Positions 13,010 through 25,899 of a DNA stretch of 64,000 bases are shown here, in pieces (within the stretch, counting starts at the first letter, position 1; each line of letters starts with the position of its first letter). Under the pieces are notes generated by a model that was given only the letters and a program-made list of their open reading frames with translations, was not told where the DNA came from and did no database searches. A program made the translations under genes and the position numbers. The stretch is from positions 109,246,001-109,310,000 of the forward strand of contig NC_086097.1 of the NCBI RefSeq assembly GCF_963921235.1. Reading direction: 5' to 3'. Origin of the DNA: Mobula hypostoma. Taxonomy: Eukaryota.

Positions 13010-13638
13010 CTGTGGCTAAGAAGGCATTGGCCTTCATCAATCATGGGATTGAGTTTAGGAGCCGAGAGGTAATGTTGCAGCTATATAGGACCCTGGTCAG
13101 ACCCTACCTGGAGTACTGTGCCCAGTTCTGATTGCCTCACTACAGGAAGGATGCTGAAACCATAGAAAGAGTGCAGAGGAGATTTCCGAGGATGTTGCTT
13201 GGATTGGGGAGAATGCCTTATGAGAACAGGTTGAGTGAACTGGGCCTTTTCTCCTTGGAGAGACGGAGGATGAGAGGTGACCTGATAGAGATGTACAAGA
13301 TAATGAGAGGTATTGATCATGTAGATACTCAGAGGCTTTTTCTCAGGGCTGAAATGGCTAGCACGAGAGGGCAAGGTTTTAAAGTGCTTGGAAGTAGATA
13401 TAGAGGAGATGTCAGGGGTAAGATTTTTACGCAATGAGTGGTGAGTGTGTGGAATGGGTTGCCGGTGGTGGAGGTGGATACGATAGAGTCTTTTAAGAGA
13501 CTCCTGGATGGCTACATGGAGCTTAGAAAAATAGAGGGCTATGGGTAAAGCCTAGGTAGTTCTAAAATAGGGACATGTTCGGCACAGCTTTGTGGGCTGA
13601 AGGGCCTGTATTGTGCTGTAGGTTTTCTTTGTTTCTAT
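13010..13638 (+). mobile_element. CR1 LINE 3' fragment inserted in the ERV
   Basis: ORF 13132..13437 PHYRKD..ERVQRRF..RGDLIE; short tail 'tttctttgtttcta'. Confidence 0.9.
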
Positions 13639-13815
13639 AAAAAGGATACAGAAACATCATGGCCTCAGTTATGAAACGGGGAGAACTCACAGAGTATATA
13701 CTCCATAAACCTGAGATGGTTGAACAGGGAATGGACAAAAACTGAGAGGGTTAAGACCTGGAGCCTGGATAGACAAAGGCAATGCTGGAAAAGCCAATCT
13801 AAGAGGAAGCGATAT

Positions 13816-14445
13816 CATAAGAACATAAGAAATAGGAGCAGGAGTAGGCCATCCGGCCCATTGAGCCTGCCCCGCCATTCAATAAGATCATGGCTGATCT
13901 GTCTGTAAACTCAGCTCCATCTACCTGCCTCTTCTCTATAACCCTTAATTCCCTTACTATGTAAAAACCTATCTATCTGTTTCTTAAATATATTTAGTGA
14001 AGAAGCCTCAACTGCTTCCCTGGGCAGAGAATTCCACAGATTCACCACTCTCTGGGGAAAACAGTTTCTCCTCATCTCCATCCTAAATCTTCTCCCCTGA
14101 ATCTTGAGGCAATGTCCCCTAGTTCTAGTCTCACCTACCAATGGAAACAACTTTCCTACTTCTATCTTATCTATCCCTTTCAAAATTTTGTTTGTTTCTA
14201 TAAGATCCCCTCTCATTCTTCTGAACTCCAGAGAGTATAGTCCCAGGTAACTCAATCTCTCCTCATAGGTTAACCCCTTAATCCCTGGAATCAACCTGGT
14301 GAACCTCCTCTGCACTGCCTTCAAAGCCAGTACATCCTTTCTCAAGTATGGAGACCAGAACTGCACACAGTACTCCAGGTGCAGCCTCACCAGTACTCTG
14401 TATAGTTGCAGCATAACCTCCCTGCTCTTGAATTCAATCCCTCTG
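13816..14445 (-). mobile_element. CR1 LINE 3' fragment
   Basis: ORF 13911..14414 [15 protein letters not shown]; tail 'cataagaacataag'. Confidence 0.9.
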
Positions 14446-15620
14446 ATTGAATTCAGATGAGCTTTGGAGAAAGATAGGTATGGTCCTTGCGGGAGAGTTT
14501 TAAATTGGAGTAGGGCAAATTATGAGGGTGTTAGGCAGGAACTAAAAAGTTAATTGGGAGCAGCTTCTTTTCTGGCAAGTCCACATCAGATACGTGGCAA
14601 TCAATTGCACAGAGTACAGGAGAGGTATGGTCCTGTTAGAAGAAAGGACAGGGATAGAAAGATAAGAGAACCTTGGGTGTTCAAAGAGGTGATGAATTTA
14701 GTCAAGAAGAAAAAGGAAAAGTATGTAAAGCTTTCGAAGTTAGGATCAAACAAAGCACATGAGGAATGTAAATAAGTCAGAAAAGAACTAAAGAAAGGAA
14801 TTAGGAAAGCTGGGGGGGAGGGGGGCATGAGAAGTCCTTGACAAGTAGGATTAAGGTGAATCCCAAGGCATTCTATACATACATCAAGAGGAAGGGGATA
14901 ACTGGGGAGAGGGTGGGACCACTCAAGAATAAAGGGGGGAATATTTGCTTGGATGCGGAGAATGTGAGTGAGGTACTTAATGAGTACTTTGCTTCAGTAT
15001 TTACCAAGGAAAAGGACAGGTTGGACCAAGAGATTACTGCTGAGTGAATTAATATGTTAGGGCATTAAGAGGTCAAGGAGGAGGAAGTGTTTGGTCTCCT
15101 GAGTATTAAGGTGGGTAAGACCCCAGGGCCTGATGGGATTTACCCCAAGTTATTGAAGGAGGCAAGAGACGAGGTTGCTGGGGCCTTGACCAGTATCTTT
15201 GTGTCCTCTCGAGGCACAGGCAAAATCCTTCAGGACTGCCGAGTGGCTAATGTTGTACCTATATTTAAAAAGGGAACAAGGCAAAATCCTGGGAACTATA
15301 CGTTGGTAAGTTTTACATCAGTTGTAAGGAAATTGCTGGAGAAAATTCTTTGGGATAAGATATATGAGCATTTGCAAACCCATGGTCTGATTAGGGAGAG
15401 ACAGTATGGCTTTGTGCTGGCCAGGTTGTGTCTTACCAACTTGATTGAGTTTTTTGACAAGGTAGGGCTGTGGATGTTGTCTACATGGATTTTAGTAAGG
15501 TGTTTGACAAAGTCCCTTATTGCGGGCTAATCCACGGCAAATTGGCTGTTTGGATTCAGAACTGGCTTGCGCGTAGAAGACAGAGGACAATGGTTGAAGG
15601 GACTTATTTGGGCTGGAGTG
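14446..15620 (+). mobile_element. CR1 LINE ORF2 middle fragment (probably continues at 16970-17400)
   Basis: RIKVNPKAFYTYIK, GPDGIYPKLLKE, PGNYTLVSFTSVV, DFSKVFDKVP. Confidence 0.88.
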
Positions 15621-16965
15621 GGAATGAAGAAATACAAGATTGTAGGTGCTAGGTGAAACCATGAGAGGGGGAGTCGTGAAGTAAAGTGCTTGGGAGTCAA
15701 TTGGTAAAAGAGATTAAGGACTGGAGAAGGGGGAATAGGAGAGGGCAGAAGACCATGGAAGAGAGAAAAGAGGTAGGAGCACCAGAGGGAGGTGATAGGC
15801 AGGTAAGGAGATAAGGTGAGAGGGGGAGAGGGGGAAATGGAATGGAGTATGGTGAAGGGGGGGCAATTACCAGAAATTCAAGACATCTATGTTCATGCCG
15901 TCAAGTTGCAGGATTCCGAAATGGTGTTGCTCCTCCAACCTGAGTGTGGCCTCATTGTAGTTGTAGAGAAGGACACGGACTGCCATGTTCAAAGGGGAGC
16001 GGGAAGTAGAATTGAAATGGGTGGCTACTGAGAGATCCTGATTTTTCTGGTGGACAGAACATAGGTGCTCGGGGAAGCAGTCTCCTAATTTGTGTCAGGT
16101 CTCCGCGATATATAGGAGGCCACATCAGGAACACCGGAAATGGTAGATGACCTCAACAGACTCACAGGTGAAGTGTCACCTCACCTGGAAATGCCTGTTT
16201 GTGGCCCCTGATTGGTAGTGAGGGAGGAAGTGTAGAGGCAGATGTAGCACTTGTTCCACTTGCAAGGATGAGTGTCAGGACGGAGATCAGTTGGGAGGGA
16301 CAAATGGACAAGGGAGTCGCTTAGGGAGCGATCCCTGCGGAAAGCAGGAAGTGGGAAAGATGTGCTTGGTGGTGACATCCCGCTGGAGATGATGACAGAA
16401 GTTATAGAGAATTATTTGCTGGGCATGAAGGCTAGTGGGGTGATAGGTGAGGATGAGGAACCCTCTCCCTGGTGGGATGGAAGGTGGGTGGGGTGAGGGC
16501 AGACTTGTCTGAAATGGAAGAGATGCAGCTGAGGGCAGCATTGACTTGGAGGAAGGAAAACCTCTTCCCTTGAAGAAGGAGGACATCTCATTAGTTCTGG
16601 CATGAAAAGCCTCATTCTGAGAGCCGATGTGGTGGAGAAGGAGGAACTGAGAGAAGGGGATGGCATGTTTAAAAGTGACAGGGTGAGAAGAGATATAGTC
16701 CAGGTAGCCGTGGGAATCAGTGGGTTCATAAAATATGTCAGTAGATAAACTTATCTATCATCTACTACCTTATACTGCTTCCTCCTTCTTCCCCCCACCC
16801 CCACCTCTTTATTCTGACTTCTCTTTTTTCCAGTCCTGTGAAAGGTCTTGGCCGCCAACATCGGCAGTTTACTCTTTTCCATAGAAGCTGCCTGGCCTGC
16901 TGAGTTCTGCCAGCATTTTGTGTGCATTACCCTGATTTCCAGCATCCTCTCATCTTCTCTTGTTT
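15621..16965 (-). mobile_element. Penelope-like element (minus body 15621-16750 with an inverted plus-strand pLTR piece 16751-16965)
   Basis: ORFs 16181..16378 and 16287..16586 match the PLE ORF at 54145..54888; the orientation switches near 16750. Confidence 0.82.
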
Positions 16966-16969
16966 GTGG

Positions 16970-17400
16970 ACAAACTTGGGCTGTTTTCTCTGGAGCAGTG
17001 GAGGCTGAGAGGAGATTTGGTAGAAGTTCATAAGATTATGAGAGGCAGAGATAGAGTGGACTTACAAAATCTTTTTCTGAGAATTGAAATGTCTAATATC
17101 TGAGGGCATGAATTGAAGATGAGAAGATGAGAGGGGATATGTTCAAAGGGAGTGTGAGGGGTAACACTTTTACTCAGAGAGTGTCGGATGCCTGGAATGT
17201 GCTGCCTGGTATGATCGTAGAGGCAAATACATTAGAGGCTTTTAAGAGATGTTTGGAATTAGAGACGTTTATGAATATTAAGAAGATGGAGGAATATGGA
17301 CATTGTGTTGGTAGGAGGGAATGGTGTTTAGGTGCTTTTTAGCTGGGTCAGCATATCATTATGGGCTTTTCCTGTGCTGTACTCTTCTATGTTCAATGTT
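16970..17400 (+). mobile_element. CR1 LINE 3' fragment
   Basis: FTQRVSDAWNVLPG..EANTLEAFKR; tail 'ttctatgttc'. Confidence 0.8.
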
Positions 17401-17404
17401 CTAA

Positions 17405-20140
17405 ATTGGATAAGGCCCAGCAGGAGGTTGCTCACTGGGCAGCAGCTATGGGAATAATTACTGAGGAAGGTGATGGGGTAAATTGGGAAGTGCAGGATCA
17501 GGGAGTTGAGAAGTGTGGAAGTACCCACAAACAGGAGAGATTATACCCAGTACTGCCTGTCGGAATGGCACCTATAGAGACCAGGCAACTAATGGCTCAG
17601 AACCCCAGTGATTCGAGACAGCCACTCAGACTCATCGTCACCATCCACAAACCCTTTACCCCAGAGAAAAAGCAGAGCATTTTATCCAAACTGCCCTCAT
17701 TTTAGAGTTGCTTGTGGCAATGCAGAATTCTGGTGTAAGTTAGAGGAAATGATTGAAATCCACTGGATGCACCCCAAAGACATACACGTACAGTGCCTAT
17801 TAAAAGTATTCTCTCTCCCCCTTAGAAGTTTCCATGTTTTATTGTTTTAGAACATTGAATCACAGTGGATTTAATTTGGCTTTTTTGACACTGATCAACT
17901 GAAAAAGACTCTTTCATGTCAAAGTCAAAAACTGATCCACAAAGTGATCTAAATTAATTACAAATGTAAAGCACAAAATAGTAGATGCAAAAGTACTCAC
18001 CCCCTCTAATATGACATGCCAAATCATCACTGGTGCAGCCAATTAATTTTAGAAGTCACATAATTAGTTAAATGGAGATCTGTTTTTGGAGACCCGTGTG
18101 CAGTCAAGGTGTTTCAAATGATTGTAGTAAAAATCCACCTCTGTCCAGAAGGTCTAACCGCTGGTGAGTCGGTATCCCGGCAAAAACTACACCATGAAGA
18201 CAAAAGAACACTCCATGCAACTCCATGAAAAGGTCTTGAAAAGCATAAGTCAGGAGATGGATAGAAGAAAATTTCCAAGTCACTGAATATCCCTTGGAGT
18301 ACAGTTAATTCAATCATCAAGAAATGGAAAGAATATGGTACAGCTGTAAATCTGCCTAGAGCAGGCCGTCCTCAAAAACTGAATGACCATGCAAGAAGGA
18401 GACTAGTGAGGGAGGCCACCAAGAGACCAATGGCAACTCTGGAGGAGTTATAAGCTTCAGTGGCTGAAATGGGAGAGACTGTGCATACAACAACTGTTGC
18501 TGGGGTACTTAACCAGTTGCAGGTTTATGGGAGAGTGGCAAAGAGAAAGCCACTGTTGGGAAAAAAACTCAAATGAAATCTCAACTGGAGTTTGCCAGAA
18601 GGCATGTGGGAAACTCTGAAGTCAGCTGGAAAAGGTTCTATGGTCTGATGAAATCAAAATTAAGCTTTTTGGCCATCAGACTAAACACTATGTTTGGCAT
18701 AAGCCAAGCATCGCACATCATCAAAAACACACCAACCCTACTGTAAAGCATGGTGGTGGCTGCATCATGCTGTGGGGATGCTTCACCACAGCAGAACCTA
18801 GAAGGCTTGTGAAGGAAGAGGGTAAAATGAATACAGAAAATACTGGGAAATCCTGATGGAAAACCTGATGCACTCTGCAAGAGAACTGTGACTTGGAAGA
18901 AGATTTGTTTTCCAGCAAGACAATGACCCCAAGCATAAAGACAAAACTACACTGGAATGGCTCAAAACAACAAAGTTAATGTCCTGGAATGGCCAAGTCA
19001 GAGTCCTGACCTCAATCCAATTGAGAATTTGTGGCTGGGCTTGAAAAGGGCTGTTCACTCATGATCCCCATGCAAACTGACAGAGCTTGAGCAGTTTTGT
19101 AAGGAAGAATTGGGAAAAATAGCAGTGTCTAGATGTGCAAAGCTGATAGAGACCTATCCACACAGACTCAAGGCTGTAATTTGTGACAAAGGTGTATCTA
19201 CTAAATACTGACTTGAAGGGGTGAGTAATTATCCAATCAATTATTTTGTGTTTAATAATTGTAATAAACTTAGATCAATTTGTAGAAATTTATTTTCTGG
19301 TGATTGGTGTCAAAAAAGCCGAATTAAATCCACTATGATTCAATGTTGTAAAACAATAAAACATGAAAACTTCCGGGGGGAGTGAATACTTTTTATAGGC
19401 ACTGTATTGGTTAAAGCTAAATGCCCGAGAATTACATGGGACAGTGTGACGCCAGGGTTGCAGAATGAATCAGGGACATCTCATGAGAATGCCAGCAATG
19501 AGGAAAGATATTGGAATTTTAAGGAAGAAGTAAGGCAATGACTTGGAAGAAGAGAGAGTAACTGAGAATGATGATGTCAGTTGTTCAGAAGGCCTATGAA
19601 CCTGCCATGGATTATGCAGAGCAAAAATACCAGGCCTATGAGGTATACTTAGGGCTTGGTAATCCAGGGAAGGATGATCCAGTTTTCCAGAAAATGCTCA
19701 AGGAAGGTCTGAGCGCTGCCCAACAAAAGGTTTTAGACTTTGGGATAACGGTGTTATCTGCCTACTCCACAGTAGTTAAATAGGCCAGGGAAATCAATGG
19801 ATAGACAGTGCAGAAGGGTCATAAAGGTACTAGACGTAACTGCTGTGAAGATGCAGGGACCTTGCTTTGTTTGCTACTAACCAGGCTGCTTATTGAAGGA
19901 CTGCAGCACTGAGGAGGTAGTAAGTGACCACTGTGGTCCCCCTGGCACAATGTCCTAACAGGGGAAGGAGACATGAATATCACCCACCAAGTCAGGTAGG
20001 GACCACAACAGAACCTAAATCCCCAACCCCAATAATGGTCTCGCTGTTCAATCTGACTGCTGACCAGATTATGGAACTATGAGGCTATCGTTACTAGTTC
20101 CATAATCTGGCAAACGGCTGGCAGCAGCCTCTGTTGTCAG
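17405..20140 (+). pseudogene. gag: ERV gag remnant (interrupted by Tc1)
   Basis: Reads across the Tc1 site (..HPKDIHV|LVKAKCP..); ORF 19568..19783; decayed zinc knuckle GPCFVCY*PGCLLKDC near 19856; lies between PBS and protease. Confidence 0.65.
17791..19404 (+). mobile_element. Full-length Tc1-family DNA transposon, inactivated transposase (~18194-19211)
   Basis: TA TSDs; TIRs CAGTGCCTAT...ATAGGCACTG extending ~210 bp; transposase MKTKEHS..., [28 protein letters not shown]; internal stops and frameshifts. Confidence 0.95.
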
Positions 20141-23100
20141 CACTGGTGGCCCATGAATATACACAACAACATTGTTAGTGGGCCTGCAATACAATATGCT
20201 CATGGGCATAGAGACATTGGTATCAATTGCTGACCTACCCTTGCCGATGACTGGAGAGGCTATATATGTTACAGGTGTAGGGGGAAAAACAGTGAAGGCA
20301 GAAAGAAGTGAATAATCAGTGGAATGCAGTTGAGTATCGACATAGTGAGAAAGGCAGGGTTGTTATAGACTCTGGAAAGGGAGAAGTAACATGGACAAGT
20401 CAGAGGCAGAGAACATGTTCAACCAATAGAGTACACAACCTAGCCAGCATAGTGGCAACCAGTCCAAGCATCAGGGACTGGAGCCAGGATTCCGTCTATG
20501 GGTTATTTGGTCTGCAGTTCCCAAAGGTGTGGGCTAGACACAAGCAAAGACTGTGCTTGGGCGAAGAAAAACATAGTTAAAATAGAGCCAGGGGAGGAGA
20601 GGTTCTGCATAAACCTCATAAGCAGAATCGCATAAAAGCTGATGCTCTGACTGCAGTCCAGGGTATAACGAAGGAACTGAAACTCTGGGGGATACTAAAC
20701 GAGATTTCGTCAACCACTACCTCATTTATATGACCAGTAAAGAACCCAGATAGATCATATTGATTAACAATAGACAATACTGCACTCAATAAGACCACAG
20801 TGAGATGGCATCCCATTGTGGCCAACACTACCACAATCCTGAAGGGCCTGTTTCCAGATCATAAAATGTTCTCAGTTCTGAGTATTGCTGATGGATTTTG
20901 GGAGCAGTTCCCAAAGGTGTGGGCTAGACACAAGCAAAGACTGCTTTGCCTTCACCCAAGGTGGGCAGCAGTGTACACTGACCAGACTTCCCCATGGATT
21001 CCACAACAGCCTTGCCATTTTTCATAAGGTCATGGCACAGACTTTGGAAATGCTCCACTCAACCATCTTACAATATGTAGATATCTACTAATTGCCTCAG
21101 AGGCTGAAGCAGGTCACTTAGGGGTGATGGCTAGTGTTTTAGAAATTCTGTGGGATGAGAGGTTTGAATCAGCCCTCAGGCAAGGAAACATACTTTACAG
21201 TACGTAGGATACATGATTTTGCAGGGGAGGAAGGACATGCCAGATGACAGACATTCTGTAATTAGCTCCATGCCCCACCCAGTCAACATAAGGGGAGCAA
21301 GGAGGGTAATGGGTTTACTGTATTCCATTACTGCCATAATTTCATACCAGTGTTTTCATCACTAGTGGCCCCAATACAGGCCTTAATCAAAGCAGGGAAG
21401 CCTCCTATGGAGGAAGTAAAATAGAGGACAGATGAGGAAAAGGCCTTTACAGATATAAAGAAAGCCCTGCTCTCTGCATCTGTGCTGGTCACCCCTTTCA
21501 TTTTTACTGCAGCAGTGAGGGAGGGTATTACAACGCAGTGGAGGTGCAAGCCCATGGGGACACAAGAAGAGCAGTGTCATATTATTCAACAAAGCAGGCG
21601 CCTGTTGTAGCAGGACTTCCCGCTGTGTAGCAGCTTTAGACTGAGCTGCGTGGGCAGTGTGAGTGAGCGAACACGTTGTAATGATGGGGCAGCTTGTACT
21701 ACACACACTCTATACCATCGTAGAGCTCCTGAGTATGGGGAGTCTGAGAGCAGTCACTGACAGCAGCTTGGGCAGCTTGTGAGACAGTTCTCATCCCCAC
21801 AGACAAGTCAATCACGATAGTTAGGGACACTGGAATGAATCCTGTGAACAGCATCCTAACAGAGGGGGAGGCACGTGAGTGCCAAATAGAAATAGAGCTT
21901 GAGGAATATATCTATGTGAGGGAAAAACCTCTGGATAGGGAGGCAGAGACATTTTTTATAGATGGGTTTCAGCAGTACATAGATGGGAAGCTGTGGTGAA
22001 GGAAGCATGTGAGGAATTAGGTTCAGGAACTGTGCCAGGGGTTTGCTCAGCTCAGGTGGCAGAACTGGTGGCCCTGATAGAAGCACCGTGCTACAGTAAG
22101 GACAAACAAGTGCCCCATGATTGTCTGATGAGGTGGGTACAATGAGGATTTGTAAGTTCAACAGGAGCAGGTATTCAGCACAGACACCTAATACAACAAC
22201 TGCAGGAAGCAGTGAGTCTGCCCACAGAGGTGGCAGTAATCAAAGTAAAAGCTCACCAGAAAGGGGAGAGCAAAGAGCTGAAAGGGAATAACTGGGCGGA
22301 CGTCAGGGCAAAAGGGGCAGCAGGAAGAAAAAGAGGCAACTGACATTGCAAGTGTGCATGAAGAAACCACTGGATCCACTTTAGTAAAATTATATGAAGT
22401 GGTGAGGCAGATGAAAAGGAGAAATGGAAGATAGAGGGAGCAAGGGAAGGACTAGCTGGGAGCTGGACCCATGGGGAAGCAGTAGCCCCACCATGATTTA
22501 GGCAGATACTACTGAAGTTATATCATGGGGTAATGCATCAGGGAAGGCACAGCATGATCATGACCTGGTGATGGCCAGGGAGGGGCAGAGATGTTGAGAA
22601 ATTCTGTCGCCATTGTATCATTTGGCCCAGCATCACTCTGGCAAATTGTCAGGGATTTGACAACGACTCCACATACCCTACCATCAGAACTCAGGAATGG
22701 TAGAAATGGTAGAAATGGTAGAAAGGTGGAAAAAATCAAGACTGCCTCAGCTAAAACTATAAGAGAGATGGGAAGGACATGGGTTGATGTATTGCCAAGC
22801 ATCCTGATAAGATTGCAAGCAACACCAAACCGAATGCTGGGTCCTGGCCTTACGATTTATATAACCATATAACCATATAACAATTACAGCACGGAAACAG
22901 GCCATCTCGGCCCTTCTAGTCCGTGCCGAACTCTTACTCTCACCTATTCCCACTGACTTGCACTCGGCCCATAACCCTCCATTCCTTTCCTGTCCATATA
23001 GCTACCCAATTTAACTTTAAATGACAACATCGAACCTGCCTCAACTACTTCTGGTGGAAGCTCGTTCCACACAGCTACCACTCTCTGAGTAAAGAAGTTC

Positions 23101-24376
23101 CCCCTCATGTTACCCCTAAACTTTTGCCTTTTAACTCTCAACTCATGTCCTCTTGTTTGAATCTCCCCCATTCTCAATGGAAAAACCCTATCCACGTCAA
23201 CCCTATCAAACCCCCTCATAATTTTAAACACCTCTATCAAGTCCCCCCTCAACCTTCTACATTCCAAAGAATAAAGACCTAACTTGTTCAACCTTTCTCT
23301 GTAACTTAGGAGATGAAACCCAGGCAACATTTTAGTAAATCTCCTCCATATTCTCTCAATTTTATTGACATCTTTCCTATAATTGGGTGACCAGAACTGT
23401 ATACAATACTCCAAATTTGGCCTCACCAATGCCTTATACAATTTCAACATCACATCCCAACTCCTATACTCAATGCTCTGATTAATAAAGGCCAGCATAC
23501 CAAAAACTTTCTTCACCACCCTATCCACATGAGATTCCACCTTCAGGGAACTATGCACTATTATTCCTAGATCCCTCTGTTCCACTGCATTCTTCAGTGC
23601 CCTACCATTTACCATGTATGTCCTATTTTGATTAGTCCTACCAAAATGTAGCACCTCACATTTTTCCAGCATTAAACTCCATCTGCCATCTTTCAGCCCA
23701 CTGTTCTAACTGGCCTAAATCTCTCTGCAAGCTTTGAAAACCTACTTCATTATCCACAACTCCACCTATCTTAGTATCATCTGCATACTTACTAATCCAA
23801 TTTACCACCCCATCATCCAGATCATTAACAACATTGGACCCAGTACAGATCCCTGAGGCACACCGCTACACACCGTCCTTCAATCTGACACACAGTTATC
23901 CACCACTACTCTCTGGCGTCTCCCATCCAGCCACTGCTGAATCCATTTTACTACTTCGATATTGATGCCTAACGATTGAACTTCCTAATTTACTGATGGG
24001 GCAAGCAATGAGACGCCCTTATGAGGTGACTACAGCTTGCAGTGAACCTAGAACTTACAAGGTAAAATGACTCAGTGTGTAAAGGACCTCTGTAACCAGC
24101 TTAACGTGTTGAAGGGCTGAGCAAAACAACATTGCTGATTAGAGAGAACCACAGGGAGAGAAGATAATCCTTCCCACAGCTGAGAGACTAAGTCTTGGTA
24201 AGGGAGCTGCTTGAAAAGGCAGGGTTTGCTCCCAGATGGATAGGACCACAGGTGGTGTTTCTGACACCTGACACTTGTTGTGTTTATGTACAGACCTGGC
24301 AAGGCAGCCAGTGGAAACACTGGACTCGCGTTAAACCGTTTGACTCACCTTCTGGTCGCCTTGCAGACAGAACAAG
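20140..24376 (+). pseudogene. pol: ERV pol remnant: protease, RT, RNase H, integrase (CR1 insertion at 22860-23990)
   Basis: PR flap IYVTGVGGKTVKA; RT PVKNPDRSY*LTIDNTALNK, FSVLSIADGFW, FAFT..TLTRLPHGFHNS, ILQYVD; RNaseH SAQVAELVALIEA, VIKVKAHQKG..GNNWAD; IN WWPG..CRHCII, SGMVE..WVDVLPSIL..ATPN, PRWIGPQVV..WKHWTRVKPF. Confidence 0.9.
22860..23990 (-). mobile_element. CR1 LINE 3' fragment inserted in the ERV integrase
   Basis: 242-aa ORF 22944..23672 (CR1 ORF2 C-terminus); tail 'ataaccatataaccatat'. Confidence 0.93.
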
Positions 24377-25184
24377 AGATCAAGTCTGCCCAGTGACAAA
24401 GAATGTAAGTGATGATGTCACATCTGACCACACCTGATGGAAGTAAACCCACAGACGAAAGAGAACAGAAACACGAATGCAGAGGACAGAGAGAGAGAGT
24501 ATGAGAGCAAACCGCGAATCAAGTGCAACAGTAACTAAACTTTGTAATGATGGTTGGCTCTTGGAGATAGATGATTGGTTGTATAGATCACAATAGAAAG
24601 ATATTGGGGAAAACAGAGGGGAAGGGATTTGAGTTCAGGCAGGGATATCAAGTTCCACCTCAATGGACTGAGAAATAGAGAAGAAATCGCACAGGAGTGG
24701 AGGGCAGCCACCCCAGCTGAATGGGAAGTAAACACAAGTAACCTGGGCCCTTTCAGTGGTTGAGCCAGTGATTGAAAAGACAGTTTGGGAAGAGGTGCCA
24801 CTGGGGCGAGGTCTTTGCAGCTATTGGAATGGAAACCATCCCAAACCCTCCTGTAGCTCGATCAAAAAAACTGGTTGTCAGTATCACTCTGATAATCTTC
24901 TGTCAAGGCATAGAATATCAAATGTTGCCTGTGACCCTGAACCAAAGTTACCTTGTTGTGATCCTACTCACAGTGTAGCCTCTGTCAGCCATTACTGAGG
25001 GATTGAAGGATGTGACCAGATTTCTGGAACGTTTTATTGCCATCTCTGCGCTGGTGAACATCAGTAACTTCTGTCTGGTGGCCAATGAAACAAGGAAAAC
25101 AGCTAAGAACTTTGTTGATCAGTTTTTCTGGTAAATGATCATCACAAACAAAAGCCTATAAATTCCCTTTGGACCTGGAGGCAA

Positions 25185-25773
25185 TTCAATGTGGCAGAAC
25201 TGAGGTGAGGCGAGGCAGCGGACCCATCGCCGAGAGGGAGGAAGACCCAAGGTTCAATCGATTCAATGAATCGGAAAATCCAGGTACAGTCTGAATCAAG
25301 GCAGCGGGGTCCAGGTCCCAGAGCATATCGAAGTGATTGAACCCAGTGTTAGGACGATGATTGAAGCACCAGGCCAGACTGAAAAGGTCAGGGTGTCAGG
25401 GCCTGAAGCGAGGGATGTGTTGATTCAAGCTCGCTGCTCCGCTCCGTGTTGAACTAAGTGCGTATGGATGGACTGCCCTTGTGGAGTTCAGTTCAGAAGG
25501 CTATGTACTTGTGCTTATTGTTTGCATGATTTGTTTCTCTCTGCACATTGGTTGTTTGACAGTTTTTAAAAATATTTTCTTTTGGCTTTCCTTGTTTTGT
25601 GGCTGCCTGTTAGGAGACGAATCTCAAGGTTGTATAATGTATGCAACACGCACAAAATACTGAGGAACTCAGCAGGCCAGGCAGCATCTATGGAAAAAAG
25701 TACAGTTGACATTTTGGGCCAAAACCTTTTGGCAGGGCAAAGGGTTATCAATGTATATATACTTTGAACTTTG
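25185..25773 (+). mobile_element. Non-coding retroposon with a Rex1-type 3' tail, containing a small Penelope insert (~25643-25750)
   Basis: Ends 'gaatctcaaggttgtat...actttgaactttga' like the Rex1 tails at 31165-31228 and 48775-48845; the PLE piece is flanked by duplicated AATGTAT. Confidence 0.6.
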
Positions 25774-25899
25774 ATAGCCAATCAGAGACGTTAGGTAGTG
25801 TAAAGATAGGCACACATAGGTTGGTATTTGGAGAAGGGACCCAAATTGCATTTTCAAATCTTTGTTACAGTTTGTCCTTCTTGGGACAAATTTCTATCC

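Noticed and set aside
25796..25870. Ig/TCR J-segment-like peptide HRLVFGEGTQI
   Set aside because: No recognisable RSS nonamer or good heptamer upstream, no splice donor after it, and it lies inside the ERV just before the PPT. Probably chance, though worth rechecking in intact ERV copies.
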